A DNA stretch of 64,000 bases, from positions 11,100,001 through 11,164,000 of the forward strand of contig CM119372.1 in NCBI GenBank assembly GCA_051294905.1, read 5' to 3'. Below the pieces are notes generated by a model. It made no database searches. It was not told the origin of the DNA and saw nothing but the letters and a program-made list of their open reading frames with translations. The stretch comes from Botryllus schlosseri. Lineage: Eukaryota. The position numbers were made by a program, and so were the translations under genes. How positions within the stretch are numbered: position 1 is the stretch's first letter; each line of letters opens with the position of its first letter. Below, in pieces: positions 26,110 to 38,053 of the stretch.

Positions 26110-26880
26110 TGCACACTGAATGAAAATAGAGAAGATATTATAGAAAAAAGCAAGCGACAAAAATGGGATGGCATGTCATGGAAGGCGGGATCGATAGATC
26201 AATCGTGGTCCGGTAAGCTTGAGGATGGACTAGTATTCATTTAGTAGTAATTGCTTGTATTTCGACTTGAATGCGGACATGCTCGTCGACTGTAGGATAG
26301 CTGGCGGAATACTGTTCCACACATCAGGTCCGGCATATTTGACGGAGCGATGATCTTTTCGGTCGATCATGTGATATTTGGACGACGTGGACGCGCGTGT
26401 GTTCTACTTGGGCGCTTTTGATTCCGAGGTAAAAAAGTCATTGAAATATTCGGGGCAACGACCGCAGTGGAACTGATACATAAACTTCGCGATTTCTAGT
26501 TTTCGCATATGTTTAGGACACCGAATCTCTTCAGCAGCGTTGTGTTGGATGAACCAACAGGCTTCTATGGGGCTCTAGCTATGATTCGGAGTACCTTATG
26601 TTATAGTTTTTGCAGTGGCTCGAGTGCAGTTTTATTGACAGCCCCCCAACAAAGGATGCCATAATGTAACTTCGATTGGATTAGTGATTTAAAGAGTATC
26701 AGAAGAACCCAGGCTGGCATGAAGCGTCCAAGGCTGTAGAACAGGCCGCACTTCGGTGATGATTTAGGGTAGGGACTGAATATGACTCTTCCAGGACATG
26801 TCCGAGTCCAATAAAACCCCGAGATATTTGTCATTATTTGTGTTGGAAACGGGCTGACCAGCGATGTTAACGGTTAGGTT
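26110..26880 (-). pseudogene. Inverted copy of the same LINE 3' fragment
   Basis: Reverse complement of about 24590-25385, with small indels. Confidence 0.85.
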
Positions 26881-27641
26881 ATTTTTTTATTATTTCTCAT
26901 TAATATATACCCAAGGAACAGCTCTTGGTTTCAAATAGGTTGTTGGAAATTGACATATAGTCTTCAGGGGTAGTGATGAATATAAGTTGAGCTTATCAAG
27001 GTGTGTTGAGTCAAAAAAGTATGGGAACCATCGGTTTACCGTATTCCAAACTTAAGCATATCCATGTACAAATGCAGTGTACTCTTCATATGGCGATTTC
27101 CCCACCTTACAGTCAAAAAACCAAAATGAAAAAGCTATGGAAAATTGTCTTTGTAACCAGCTTTCATATGATACCCTACTCGCTGGAATATACTTATAAG
27201 GTTTTGCTCAATTCGCATTCTAAATTGTGTAACGCTTGACCGATTTCAGACCATCGACCAAGTTTCGCCTCAATTTAACCTTTAACACTACACCGCATGG
27301 CATTCCATACCGCATGAGAATATAGACCAATATACTAGCTACTCAGAAAACCCAGTGCCAAATCTCAACTGTAATCCAACATCTGTTTACACCTTTTTGA
27401 ATTTTACGTTGATAAACCTGAATGCTGCAGAATGGAAATGAGCAGAAAATCGTCAATTTTTCAAAATAACATAACTTTCGACCCCGGGGATCAATTTTCC
27501 TCAAATAAACTTTATTGTGTTCGAAATTACCTCATCTATGCATGTACCAAATTTCAGAAGATTTGGGAATGTGGGGTTCCAACTTTTGTTGTCCAGGTTG
27601 GGAATGGCCCGTCTGTGTTAATGGTTCAGGAGTATATAAAC

Positions 27642-29837
27642 TGTGTGAATATCTCTTGCTGCTATCACTCTCTCTCTAATAGTTTCCTTAAACGCATGAG
27701 CGATCTCATCATCTGCACTGACCACAAACCTTTGGTAAAAATCTTTGGGGACCGCTCCCTTGATGAAATTACCAACACAAGGATTTTTCGTCTGAAGCAG
27801 CGCACATTGTCATGGCGCTTCCGTGTCGTCCATGTTCCTGGCAAGCTCATTCCTGCGTCTGATGCATTTTCCAGGCACCCTGCTCCCTTGACTCCAGTGG
27901 AGGACATGCCATTGGACCACTGCGACAGTATAGTAGCTGCCCATGAGGACACCAATCTGATTGAAATCAGCATCGTGGCCGCCTCCCGAGCATCATTGAA
28001 TGCCATTGAAGTTGTCTCCTGGGACGACGTAAAGCGTAGTACCGCATACGATCCTATCCTCAGTGAGTTGAAAAATCACATCATCTCAGGATTCCCAGAC
28101 AAATCGGACAAACTGCCTTTTCAACTACAATCATATTGGCGGTACCGCGAAAACCTTTCGATCGTAGATGATGTTGTCATGTATAATGACCGGATCGTCG
28201 TTCCCCCGCCGCTGCGAGGGGTTATTTGTGAAATCTTACACTCGGCACACCAAGGGACTGCTGCCATGTCACAGAGGGCACAGGCCACAGTATTTTGGCC
28301 TGGGATGACTGAGTGTATAGCACGTACACGAGCACGTTGTGACAACTGCAGTAAAATGGCACCGAGTCAAGCATACATGCCTCCGGCCGAGCCATTCATA
28401 CCGACCTACCCTTTCCAAGCTGTTGCTGCTGATTATTGCACCGCCGCAGGCCACCACTATTTAGTCGTTGTTGACCGCTTCAGCAACTGGCCAGCGATAT
28501 TCCATGTGAAGCATGGTGGGCAAACGTCTGGAGCCCTCGGACTCCAAGATGCATTACGAAGTTACTTCGGCACGTTTGGAGTGGCCGAAGAACTTAGCAG
28601 TGACGGGGGACCCGAATTTGCTGCGCACAGCACTCGGGAATTTTTTCGAAAATGGGGGGTGCGCCACAGGCTCTCGTCGGCTTACCACTCCCGGTCAAAT
28701 GGCCGTGCGGAGGCCGCGGTGAAATCGATGAAACGACTCCTTCTCGGCAACATTTCGCAGGGTGGCAGCATTCGGACCGATGCAATTACTCGGGCGTTGC
28801 TACAGTTTCGCAATTGCCCCGACCCCGCGAACGGACTCTCTCCTGCAGAAATAGTATTTGGCAGGACTTTGAAAGACGCGCTGCCGATCAAAGCATGGGT
28901 CCCAGTTTTCACCCAGCGCAATATAAGGCCATTATGGAGAAACCTCTGGCGGAGTCGCGAGCACACGTTGCGTACCAGATTTGCGAAGCAGCTGGAATCT
29001 CTGTCGTTGAACACTAAGCCATTATCACCGCTTCTTGAAGGTGATGTCTGTCGCATTCAAAACCAAAACGGTCGTTACCCCCTTCGATGGGACAGAACCG
29101 GCACTGTGGTTCAGTGCCGGGACCATGACCAGTACCTCGTGAAAGTGGACGGTTCCGGCAGATTGACGCTGCGTAACAGGAAATTTCTGCGCAAGATTGA
29201 GCCGTACTTCTCGAACCAGAAGCACCAATCTCTTCAGCCAACGGTCTCGTCTCCCGGCACAGCTACGCCTCCTCAAGTCGTTTCGCCACCCGCTCGAAAT
29301 GGGCAGTCAAATGAAGTAGACCCTGGCGTGCTGCGATCCGCCGAATCGAGTGCAGGAGATCATCTACCAGTTGAAGTACCGATCGACGACACTAGTGTTG
29401 CAGCACCGCCTAATGAGAGACGCCAGCGCTCTGGCAGAAATGTTACTCCTCCAGTATGGCACAAGGACTATGTTATTGGGGCACAAATTTTATGTTGATT
29501 CCCGCTATCGCCATTGGAGTATTTGGTTGAACGTTCTCTATACGCGGTATTTTGAACTCCTCACTCAATGCACGTTGATTTCGTTAGGAGTTGGGGGGGA
29601 TGTGTGAATATCTCTTGCTGCTATCACTCTCTCTCTAATAGTTTCCTTAAACGCATGAGCGATCTCGTCTTCTTGTTGTTGTGATTGCGCGACGTGTGTG
29701 CATGTATGTATTAGCACCCACGTCTTGTGAGTTATTGGAGTAATAGGTATTAGGCTAGTCGATGCAACTGTTCTTTTGTATTTCAGTTTGATCATTTATT
29801 ACGGTATTTAACCTATGAATAAATGCAAAGTTGCACA
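27642..29837 (+). mobile_element. Internally deleted Ty3/Gypsy LTR retrotransposon
   Basis: TG...CA ends and 5-bp TSD TAAAC. The 5' LTR is cut to about 65 bp (27642-27706). PPT AGGAGTTGGGGGGGA precedes a full 3' LTR at 29601-29837. Confidence 0.92.
27696..29498 (+). CDS. Gypsy RNase H tail plus complete integrase (HHCC, DDE), open frame of 600 aa
   Basis: TDHKPL, HVPGK..PASDAFSR, HSAHQG...CDNC, AVAADY, SSDGGPEF, SNGRAEAAVK. No stop codons. Confidence 0.85.
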   Translation: MSDLIICTDHKPLVKIFGDRSLDEITNTRIFRLKQRTLSWRFRVVHVPGKLIPASDAFSRHPAPLTPVEDMPLDHCDSIVAAHEDTNLIEISIVAASRASLNAIEVVSWDDVKRSTAYDPILSELKNHIISGFPDKSDKLPFQLQSYWRYRENLSIVDDVVMYNDRIVVPPPLRGVICEILHSAHQGTAAMSQRAQATVFWPGMTECIARTRARCDNCSKMAPSQAYMPPAEPFIPTYPFQAVAADYCTAAGHHYLVVVDRFSNWPAIFHVKHGGQTSGALGLQDALRSYFGTFGVAEELSSDGGPEFAAHSTREFFRKWGVRHRLSSAYHSRSNGRAEAAVKSMKRLLLGNISQGGSIRTDAITRALLQFRNCPDPANGLSPAEIVFGRTLKDALPIKAWVPVFTQRNIRPLWRNLWRSREHTLRTRFAKQLESLSLNTKPLSPLLEGDVCRIQNQNGRYPLRWDRTGTVVQCRDHDQYLVKVDGSGRLTLRNRKFLRKIEPYFSNQKHQSLQPTVSSPGTATPPQVVSPPARNGQSNEVDPGVLRSAESSAGDHLPVEVPIDDTSVAAPPNERRQRSGRNVTPPVWHKDYVIGAQILC

Positions 29838-30260
29838 TAAACTATATTCGATTTCAATTTCAAAATAGAACAAAAGGTTCGGTTAAGGTAAGAACAGAAA
29901 GAGATATTTTGGTATTAAACTACTTTACTACTAGTTTACGACAACGTAAGCTGTAAGCTTCGATCGCGTCGTTTATGGTCAATATATTTTTGAGAGAATA
30001 ATGTAGGCTCAGTAAAACGCACAATCACTGAATGATTGGTCGATCTCACGAGTTACGCCAGCGTTAGACGAACAATCCGAACATGCAAGATACAGTGATT
30101 TTTATTGTCACCGATAACTTGATGCCTTGAAATTGACTCGTGAATTTTGCTCCGAGTCACGAGTCAATCCACATTTCTGATGCGCCAAGTCAAGTCAAGT
30201 CATTTTACCAAAGTGACTCGACTCAAGTCAAGTCATACAAAAAAGTTGACTCGAGTCTGA

Positions 30261-30478
30261 CCATCGAGACGCTTTGACGACGGAATGGCGATACGGCCGT
30301 GAGGTCATCTAGTCTGCGCCCCCGTTTTTTTTTTCTCCTCTATGTTATCCGTGATTGCTGAGCGACTTGCAGGCGGATACCAAATTTCGAGTCTTTGATA
30401 TGACCTGGCCGGGGATCGAACCCACGACCTACCGATCGAGGAGCCGGACGCATGACCATTAGACTATCTCGCTCGGTG
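30261..30478 (-). mobile_element. tRNA-derived SINE, family A
   Basis: Reverse complement of 40134-40353; A-box TAGTCTAATGG and B-box GGTTCGATCCC. Confidence 0.85.
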
Positions 30479-31298
30479 ATGTACAAACTACAAATTCGAC
30501 CTCATCGTTAGAAACATAGCTGTGAGAAACACATCTTCTATCGCGATTTGACGACCAAATATACGTCCACCTTCTACAAATTAAAGTGCATTATTTACAT
30601 CGATGAGGGCCGCAAGCCGCGTTTAAAATATTTTGTGAACTATTTTTGTGATAAATATTCTCGGAGCGCAAAGTTGAACAGTGTCTTATTGTGAGTGCCT
30701 GTCAGTTGGAATTTAATCCAGTGCCCATAACATTAATCGAATTATACTTTGTGAACGTAAATCGGGAAATGCAGCAATGCAGTCAAAATCGATGTTTTAA
30801 TCAGCAACAAATTGTCGCGATGCGAGCTACTCAATACTAAGTAAAGACCCGTTCTGTTGGCGGTATAGGATATTTGCTGACTGATTGGCCGCGTGCGTTT
30901 GTAATCATATTTCTTGTCTGCCTTTCGTGTTCCAGAATTGTCGCACCGCGTTACTGCTCAATCCAGCGACAATGATCTAATTCCGCAATCATCTCAGCGG
31001 GAGACCGTGTTGCATTGTGCGATGTGATATGCATGCACAGACGAATCTCGTCAATTGGACGCGGCCCCGTGTAACACTGATAATACGACTGGTTGAATTG
31101 CAACTGAGAATATTGGCGTCAGAATGGTCATTTCAAAAGGACGGGTTTTGCGTTTCAAAAGGATTGGGTTTCGACACCCTCTGGCTACGGGCCTGCCACC
31201 ACCCCATGCAAAAACAAAAGTCGGCGCCTATGGGTGAAGGAGTATTGTTTTGGTTCTGCTAGGCTCCCAAACTATCGAATGTGACATTCGCTACTCCA

Positions 31299-31755
31299 TA
31301 GGCTTACCATATTTTGGAAATGTAAAAAGAGGACACTTTTTCAGAAATTTCAGACATGCAAAACTGGAGAAAAATTCTTAAAAACCGGTAAATTTTTCCC
31401 ACTTCGTGATCGGTTGACTAAAAAAAAAAAAAGGTCATCACTTCCGCTCAGAGCTCAAAATAACGTTCTTCTCTCCACATTGCCAGGTGGATGACTAATA
31501 ATAAAAAATAAAAAAAAGGTCTTCTTTTCGCTCAGAGCTAAAATCACCGCTTTACCCTCCGAAATACCCGCCGGAGCTTCACTTCTGCGCTAATTTGCGG
31601 CATTTCACTCGCAATTTCCTCTAAATCTGACCTAAATTTTCAAAAAAGAGGACAAAATCTCAAAAAAGAGGACAAAAGGGCGTCCTCCGAGGACACTTTC
31701 AAAAAAGTCAAAAAAGAGGACAAATCCTCTTAAAAGAGGACGTATGGTAAGCCTA
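31299..31755. mobile_element. hAT-type MITE (AAAGAGGACA family)
   Basis: TIR TAGGCTTACCATA; TSD CTACTCCA. Confidence 0.92.
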
Positions 31756-31884
31756 CTACTCCAACACTTTGTAGCTACATTGAACTCGTCAAACACATTT
31801 AAATATTCCTGAAATGGAGAAGATACCGAATAGATTCAATCGAGAAGAGACAGTTGATTAGCGACCTTCAACAAGCGGTTAGAG

Positions 31885-32227
31885 CAGTGGTTCCCAACCT
31901 TTTTCGACCCATCGCCCCCTTTTCAAGGTCAACACTGATCATCGCCCCCCAAATTTTGTGTACCGAAAATTGGGCATACAAACTGTAATCACCGGCGGGT
32001 TGACTAAAAAAAAAAGGTCAAATTTTCAGCTCAATATCTAATTTAACACACTTTTGTAACTAAATTTCTGTGGGTTGACTAAAAAAAAAAAAGGTCAGCC
32101 GTTTTGACGCGTCATCGCCCCCTTCGCTATTTTCGCCCCCTTTGTCCATTTTCGCCCCCCTTCATCATTTTCGCCCCCCTAGATCGCCAAATCGCCCCCT
32201 GAGGGGCGATCACGTTGGGAACCACTG
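31885..32227. mobile_element. hAT (Charlie-type) MITE
   Basis: TIR CAGTGGTTCCCAAC; TSD GGTTAGAG; TCGCCCCC subrepeats. Confidence 0.92.
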
Positions 32228-32793
32228 GGTTAGAGCGTTAGACCTTAAATTGTATCCATGCACTCGGCCCAGAATGTATTAAATATTTCAGTTCAAAAAT
32301 CCGACTGGAATTATCACAGTGTTTCTAGCTAGTTACATAAATCATTATATATATATATTAATATACCACATATATATCAAAACTCAAAAGCCAAAGAAAA
32401 GTTGATCAGCTGTGAAATACTTACATTCAAGTAGGCATACGAACCAAGTAAAAATTTGGACAGGCTCTATCATATTAGCCATCAATGAGGTGCTGATGAG
32501 TGATGATCGAATTGCACACACCACCAACTGGCAATTGAGCACGAGAATCTAATCGAAAAACCGGAGATATTCAAATAATGTGCATCAAAAGCATGTTAGT
32601 CTGGATTCTGTCAAGTGAACTACTACATAGAGCAGTATTGTAATTGCCAGCTAACTGGAGCAAATTTGCTACGAATCGGTATGAATTTCATAATTCAAGC
32701 TCATGAAAATGAGATTAATTTCAGGCATGAAGTTGAATAAAAAATCGCAGTGCTCAGCAAATCTGAACCCTATACTGTGTTTCACGGTGATGA

Positions 32794-33319
32794 CAGGGTT
32801 GTAACCATGTCACAAGTCAATCTCACTTTTATAGTCTTGACTCGAGTCATTTTTATTTTACCACCGAGTCAAGTCAGCGAGCAGAGGGTCGAGACCGAGT
32901 CATAGTATTATGACTCCGAGTCCTGGTCCAAGTCATTGTGTTGATGGCTCAGTTTCCAGTTAGTCTTGTTAAATCAACTTTTTATAACTCTGTTTGGTGA
33001 TATCGAATGGTTCGCAATAATATACTAATTTTCACCACTTTTGGAAGTTTCTGGTCAGATTTTCAAGTGACAGTCCCAATAAACGAAATCCAAATAGTGT
33101 GGTTACTTTACTATTCTTCGAAATTACAATGAAATATCGGTCTTGGCCGTCTGAGTCTCGAGTCATATGACTTGGTTCGAGTCATGCGCAATGACTCGAG
33201 TCCAAGTTGAGTCAATACACAGATTGACTCGAGTCGAGTCGAGTCATTTCCGGGTTTTGAGAAAATGACAAGTCATGTCGACTCATCAGAAAATCGTGAC
33301 TCGAGTCATTACTACCCTG
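32794..33319. mobile_element. hAT-type MITE (GACTCGAGTC family) 31 bp past the UVSSA stop codon
   Basis: Termini CAGGGTTGTAA / TTACTACCCTG; degenerate TSD GGTGATGA/GGCGATAA. Confidence 0.85.
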
Positions 33320-33350
33320 GGCGATAAGTATACTCTCTTATTCGCCACCT

Positions 33351-33888
33351 TTAATTAAGTGCATAATTGAAATTATTTCCAAATTTTTGAAAATTCCTCT
33401 TTGCATCCAGAGTATCAAGCGTTTCAGATACACGTTTGATACTTTTCGGATTCAGAACTTTTTTCTTAAGCCGATGACGTGAAGTATCTTTCATATTCTT
33501 TACATCGGTTAAATTAGTTCTTTTTCTTTTCTTTTTAGGACTGGGCATCGTTAGATCATGACCAGTCGCAGATTGCAGTTCTCGTAGGTATTCCGGATCT
33601 TGCCAGTCAGGTTTCCCTAACCCAGTCACCCTTTGCTTGTCACCGTGGGAGTTATTAATATCAACATTCCTGGGATTGCCAGCGAAATCTCTGGGAACGA
33701 TTGGCCCGTGAAATGGACATTTTAGTCGATCCATCCTCGGACAAAGTTTACCGCTCGGCAAGGGAGCCCTACAGGTATGATTGACAGGCTCAAATTTCCC
33801 AACAAAAGGTATACTACGCGTGGTGAGCGCTGTAAGTGCAGCTTCCGACACTTGTTCTCCCTTTGACGCAGTGTCACCACTCCAAAAC
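33351..33888 (-). CDS. UVSSA: UVSSA exon 2 (DUF2043 / zinc-finger region and basic C-terminus)
   Basis: Splicing the 65-bp intron 33889-33953 restores the conserved HRFW motif. Contains CRAPLPSGKLCPRMDRLKCPFHG and ends FGNNFNYALN*. The joined CDS is 674 aa. Confidence 0.95.
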
Positions 33889-33953
33889 CTGAGAAATTAG
33901 AATCGCAATTAACACGATAGCTTGCATTTTAAAGTTTTCAGTATGGCACTTAC

Positions 33954-35440
33954 CGATGCCCGATATCCAGTTCACGTGCCATTCCTAAACTCAAAGTTTC
34001 TTTCAACTCATTCTTTTTCAAATCATCCCATTCAAGAAGATCCTTGCCAAATGGAACAACTGGGGCGTGTCTTATTGATGGTGATGCGGCGTTTGACTGT
34101 GAGCTACCGGAATCTAGACTGATGCTGCTGTATTTCTTTGGGTGAATTTTGATAAGAGGCGTACTCGAATCTTTCCTTCTTTCCAGAACTTTTCGCTGCA
34201 TAGCTAGCGCTCTGGAATATGAGGTGGGGTCGTTGATATTATCATCATCGCGAATCGGCTTCCAAACATTCAGATCTGAAGTCTCTTGACTGCATTTTGC
34301 ACCCTTACCAGTCAAATTAGATTTTTCTGCCTTGCTTGGTTTGGAATCAAGCATTGCTCCGCATTTTTCCGGCACTTCTATGAAACCTTCATCATCGCTG
34401 CTCTCAAACTCACTATCGTATTTGTCCGGATTCGTATTACCAGAGATGGAAATGTTATCATCTGTTTCCACTACCAAATCACGCGATTTGCTCAAACAAT
34501 TTACAATCGAAGCCTTCAAATCGATCATGCGCTTCAATACTACACTTTGCTCACGAAATTGGCTAAGTTGTTGAACCAAATTCTTCACTTTGGATAAGTA
34601 AGTTTTCTTCAAGATCATTTCACGATCTTTCAAATTCTCCAGGATTACCTCGTTGTCCTTGCTGCTATAAATATGCACAAATTTCATAATGTTTTCTGGA
34701 ATATCGATATTAACACTGTAATCTTGCAACACAATGCCCAAAGCTCTCGTATTTTCAGAATCAGTACATTTGTGATCATCTGATTCGTCATTGCCAGCAT
34801 CAGTAAACTTCGGTACAAGCAGACTGATGCACGCTTCCATTTCAGCGACACATGACATTATATCATTCTCATAGAGCTGTATTTCGGCAAGCAGTTTATC
34901 ACACTTGATTTTATCACGCTCCTCCTGTTTTTGTCGTTTATCCTCGGCCGCATTTCTCTGGATTTCCGTCTGTACTTCATCTGCACTCACCATTCTCACG
35001 TTCTTTGTGTTCCGAAGAAAGTTATAACCAAGAGCAAGCCTTTTGTAAGCAGTTCCAAATTTTTCATGCCATTTATGGATTGTCTTCACAGTGACTTTTA
35101 GCAACTCTTGTGCTGCCGACTTCGGCTCAGGTAATGGCATGTCAAAGTTTGTCCCAGCAGCAAGTTCCAAGAAGTCACCGAACCTTTCGAGCAACAAGGT
35201 GCGAAATATGTGAGAACGTTGAAAAAATACATCCATCAATTTCACAGAAGAGAGCCTGATTTCCGAATGATCCTTTTCCAGTTGTGAATACAGTGATCGA
35301 AACCCTTGTTCTAGGTATTCATTCGAGTTCTTGCAAAGTAACTTCAATTTTTTCAAGTTTGCCTTATCAAATTCATGTTTTCCATTGGTGGTCAGGCTTA
35401 CGATCAAGTAAGACAGCTGATCGAAATCAGTTATCTCCAT
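33954..35440 (-). CDS. UVSSA: UV-stimulated scaffold protein A, exon 1
   Basis: VHS-like N-terminus (LTTNG...LKKLKLLCK...HSEIRLS...FQRSHIFR...LPEPKSAA...KRLALGYNFL). Likely ATG at 35440 (MEITDFDQ). Donor CG|GTAAGT at 33953. Confidence 0.95.
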
Positions 35441-36185
35441 GCACGCGTATATTATCGAAGGACTGCGAAAACATAAGAGAAATTGTGAAACTACATCAAA
35501 CAAATGTTGTGTTGGTACTGATACAAAATGATTGTTTACCATGCAACGCAAGGATCTAATGTTTCAACTGAAAGTCACCTTGAATGTCAAGTCATGTAAG
35601 CGTCAACATGAGCCAAGAATTAATTAGAGATCTTTCTTCAAGATCACTTAAACAATATACCATTATGCAATACAATACTTGCGAATATCAAGTTGGATAA
35701 AATTCCTCACGTCTGCAATCATCACAAAAACTGACATGACTAAATGAGGGTCGTTTTGAATCAGCATGGATTAATCACAACTACATACTATATTTGGTAA
35801 AACATAAAAACTGCATGTCAACTATAGCGTATTATATTGCAGCAACTACATCACATCCGAGGTTCGTATGATGAAAGATTGAAGTATTGTAACTGGTGCA
35901 AAGAACAATTGGGCAGTGTGAAAATTAAGAATTAATACACTGAACTGCACCCAAATGTAATCAACGTATATTAATGAAAATGGGCCTACCAGCATTGACA
36001 CTGCACTGAATAAAACAACACATGAAAATTTCATCATTCCAATACTTATTCAGAAAAATTGTACGTGGAACATATCAAACAATGCATACTGTGAACTTTT
36101 CTGCTGCTGTAACATAGCCTACTATCCGATAACTATGTCTGAGTACGATTTACAAAACGACAAGGCATGATGGACAATTGGACAT

Positions 36186-36698
36186 TCACACATCAACAAC
36201 CATTTTTTTATGTACATCTAGCGTATCGACCATTGCACAAAATTCTTCAAACGAAATCTTTCCATCTCCATCAAGGTCGGCATAAATGATAGTCTTGTCG
36301 ACAATCTGCTGTAGCTGAGTATCTTTGAGATTGCTGCCAACCATCATTTTTAAAACTTGAAAGAGTTCCCCATTGGATATATATCCATCGTGATCCATAT
36401 CATAGATTCTGAAGGCAAATCGAAGCTTCGACGATTTGTCTCCTTTTACGCTGAATTGAGACACGCCTTCGATGAACTCGCGGAAATCTACCTCACCATT
36501 TCCATCTTGATCAAAGATGTCAATGACCCGTTGGACGAGTGGATTTTGCTGCAGCTGCGGCAGACTCATGAACTCCTCGACACTAAGTGATCCCGATTGG
36601 TCGAGATCCAATTTTCGAAATCGTTTTCCGAGCCGTGCTATCTCCTCTGGATCAAAATGGGAACACATTTCCATCGGTAGCGATAATTCATTCCCCAT
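36186..36698 (-). CDS. PPP3R1: Calcineurin subunit B (four EF hands), intronless CDS, 170 aa
   Basis: [39 protein letters not shown]...HKKMVVDV, with myristoylation Gly2 after the ATG at 36698. The longer ORF-track N-terminus is probably not real. Confidence 0.97.
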   Translation of the reverse strand: MGNELSLPMEMCSHFDPEEIARLGKRFRKLDLDQSGSLSVEEFMSLPQLQQNPLVQRVIDIFDQDGNGEVDFREFIEGVSQFSVKGDKSSKLRFAFRIYDMDHDGYISNGELFQVLKMMVGSNLKDTQLQQIVDKTIIYADLDGDGKISFEEFCAMVDTLDVHKKMVVDV

Positions 36699-37554
36699 TT
36701 TATTATTTTCACTCGAGTGTTTGATGGTAAAGTAACCTGCACGTATGAACGAAACCCTGTGTATTGCACAAAATAAACTGATTTCCAAATATAGCCTATC
36801 ATGTTTCATGATTCTTTAGCTATTCGTATAGGCAGAGGCACAGTTAAAGTCAAATGAGCTGTACACGATATCTCTGGGCTTATTCCGGACTTATCTATGA
36901 TTTCGGACAGGTCCGAACAACAAACGCGTGACAAAATTCCGAGCTACTGACCCATAATCGCGGAATCAACGCACGAAACTGTAAACCACCTAACACTGAA
37001 ACGGTTGTGCGGGATCCGATACGAAACTGCTCTACAAGAACCGTAATTCGCAATTACTACGACGATTCTACTTGTCTTCCCTTTGTCATTTATAGCATCA
37101 TAGGACCGGGAGCACCGAGCAGAGCGGTCTAACTATAGAGCAAGGGTGACAAACATCCGATTTTGACCGACGACCAACGATTTCATCCGGCCCGTTACGC
37201 AATTCTGATTAAATGAAAAAATTGTTGTATTGTCCAGCATATTTTTAACAAAACTCAACATTTTTCGTAAATAATTTGAAAGGAAATGTACATGGCGCAG
37301 TGTTGAGTTTCAAATCAAGTCACAATTAGGAACTAGTCGGTGACATTGAAACCGCATTTTGTGGAGGCAAAAGAGTTCAAATCAGTTTAGAGTTTTCTGT
37401 AAAGACTAAAGGTCGACCAAAATAGCAATTCAGAGGCGAAAACGCAATACGAAACCGTATGTAGGCTACAATTGTACATATGGTATACATGGGTATATAT
37501 ATACATGGACGTGGAAGGTACATGGTGAATATAATAGTTACAAGAAGAATATAG

Positions 37555-38053
37555 GGGTCTAGTCTACTTTCTTGTCCATAACAACATGACCATCACCAAT
37601 CACAGTTCACCATGATCATGTCTAAATTGATGGTGTTTATAATTAAATCAAGGTTAGGGTAACATCGTAATATCATTCTTCACCCTTACTCCCAACCCAA
37701 TGGCCCAATCCTTCGACACCTCGACCTAATTATAATTAGTAACCCCAACTTTAAACCTCATCCAAACCCTAATTTCACGGTATACTCTAGCAGTTCCAGC
37801 CTAACCTTTTATTACCCTAACTAACCCCGGACCCTAATTTAAAGATACACTAACTCTAATTTTTCTATACTCAACCCTAACCTAATCCTCAACCCCAACC
37901 CTCATTTTATGCGACCCCAACCCCAATTTTATGATACCTTAAACTAATCCCTAATCCTAAACCAATTATAAACGCCAAGAATTTTGACATGTTCATGGGG
38001 AGCCCTGATTCGTGATATTGACATCTTTGTGGATAAGAAAGTAGACTAGATCC
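37555..38053. mobile_element. GG..CC MITE with a degenerate telomere-like tract
   Basis: TIR GGGTCTAGTCTACTTTCTT / AAGAAAGTAGACTAGATCC; TSD GAATATAG. CCCTAA/CCCCAA-rich interior. Confidence 0.85.

Larger units (their letters stand above)
22858..27610. mobile_element. 4.75-kb foldback element, Sola2-like termini, with a LINE fragment in both arms
   Basis: TIR GGGCCATTCCCAACCTGGACAAC; 4-bp TSD GTCT. The arms are inverted over about 1.5 kb, ignoring the MITE in the left arm. Confidence 0.85.
22458..30260. mobile_element. hAT-type MITE (CAAGTCAAGT family) split by large insertions; right end lost at a SINE
   Basis: The left end CAGTGTTGGGATC.AGTCACTAC matches the copy at 51929. CAAGTCAAGT repeats resume at 30130-30260. 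Confidence 0.65.

Noticed and set aside
27432..27695. N-terminal 88 aa of the 688-aa ORF
   Set aside because: Chance read-through of a transposon TIR, flanking DNA and the LTR; not part of pol.
35441..35551. ORF-track N-terminal extensions of UVSSA (and 36699-36809 of calcineurin B)
   Set aside because: They cross splice-acceptor-like sequences and precede the conserved starts; calcineurin B needs Gly2 for myristoylation.
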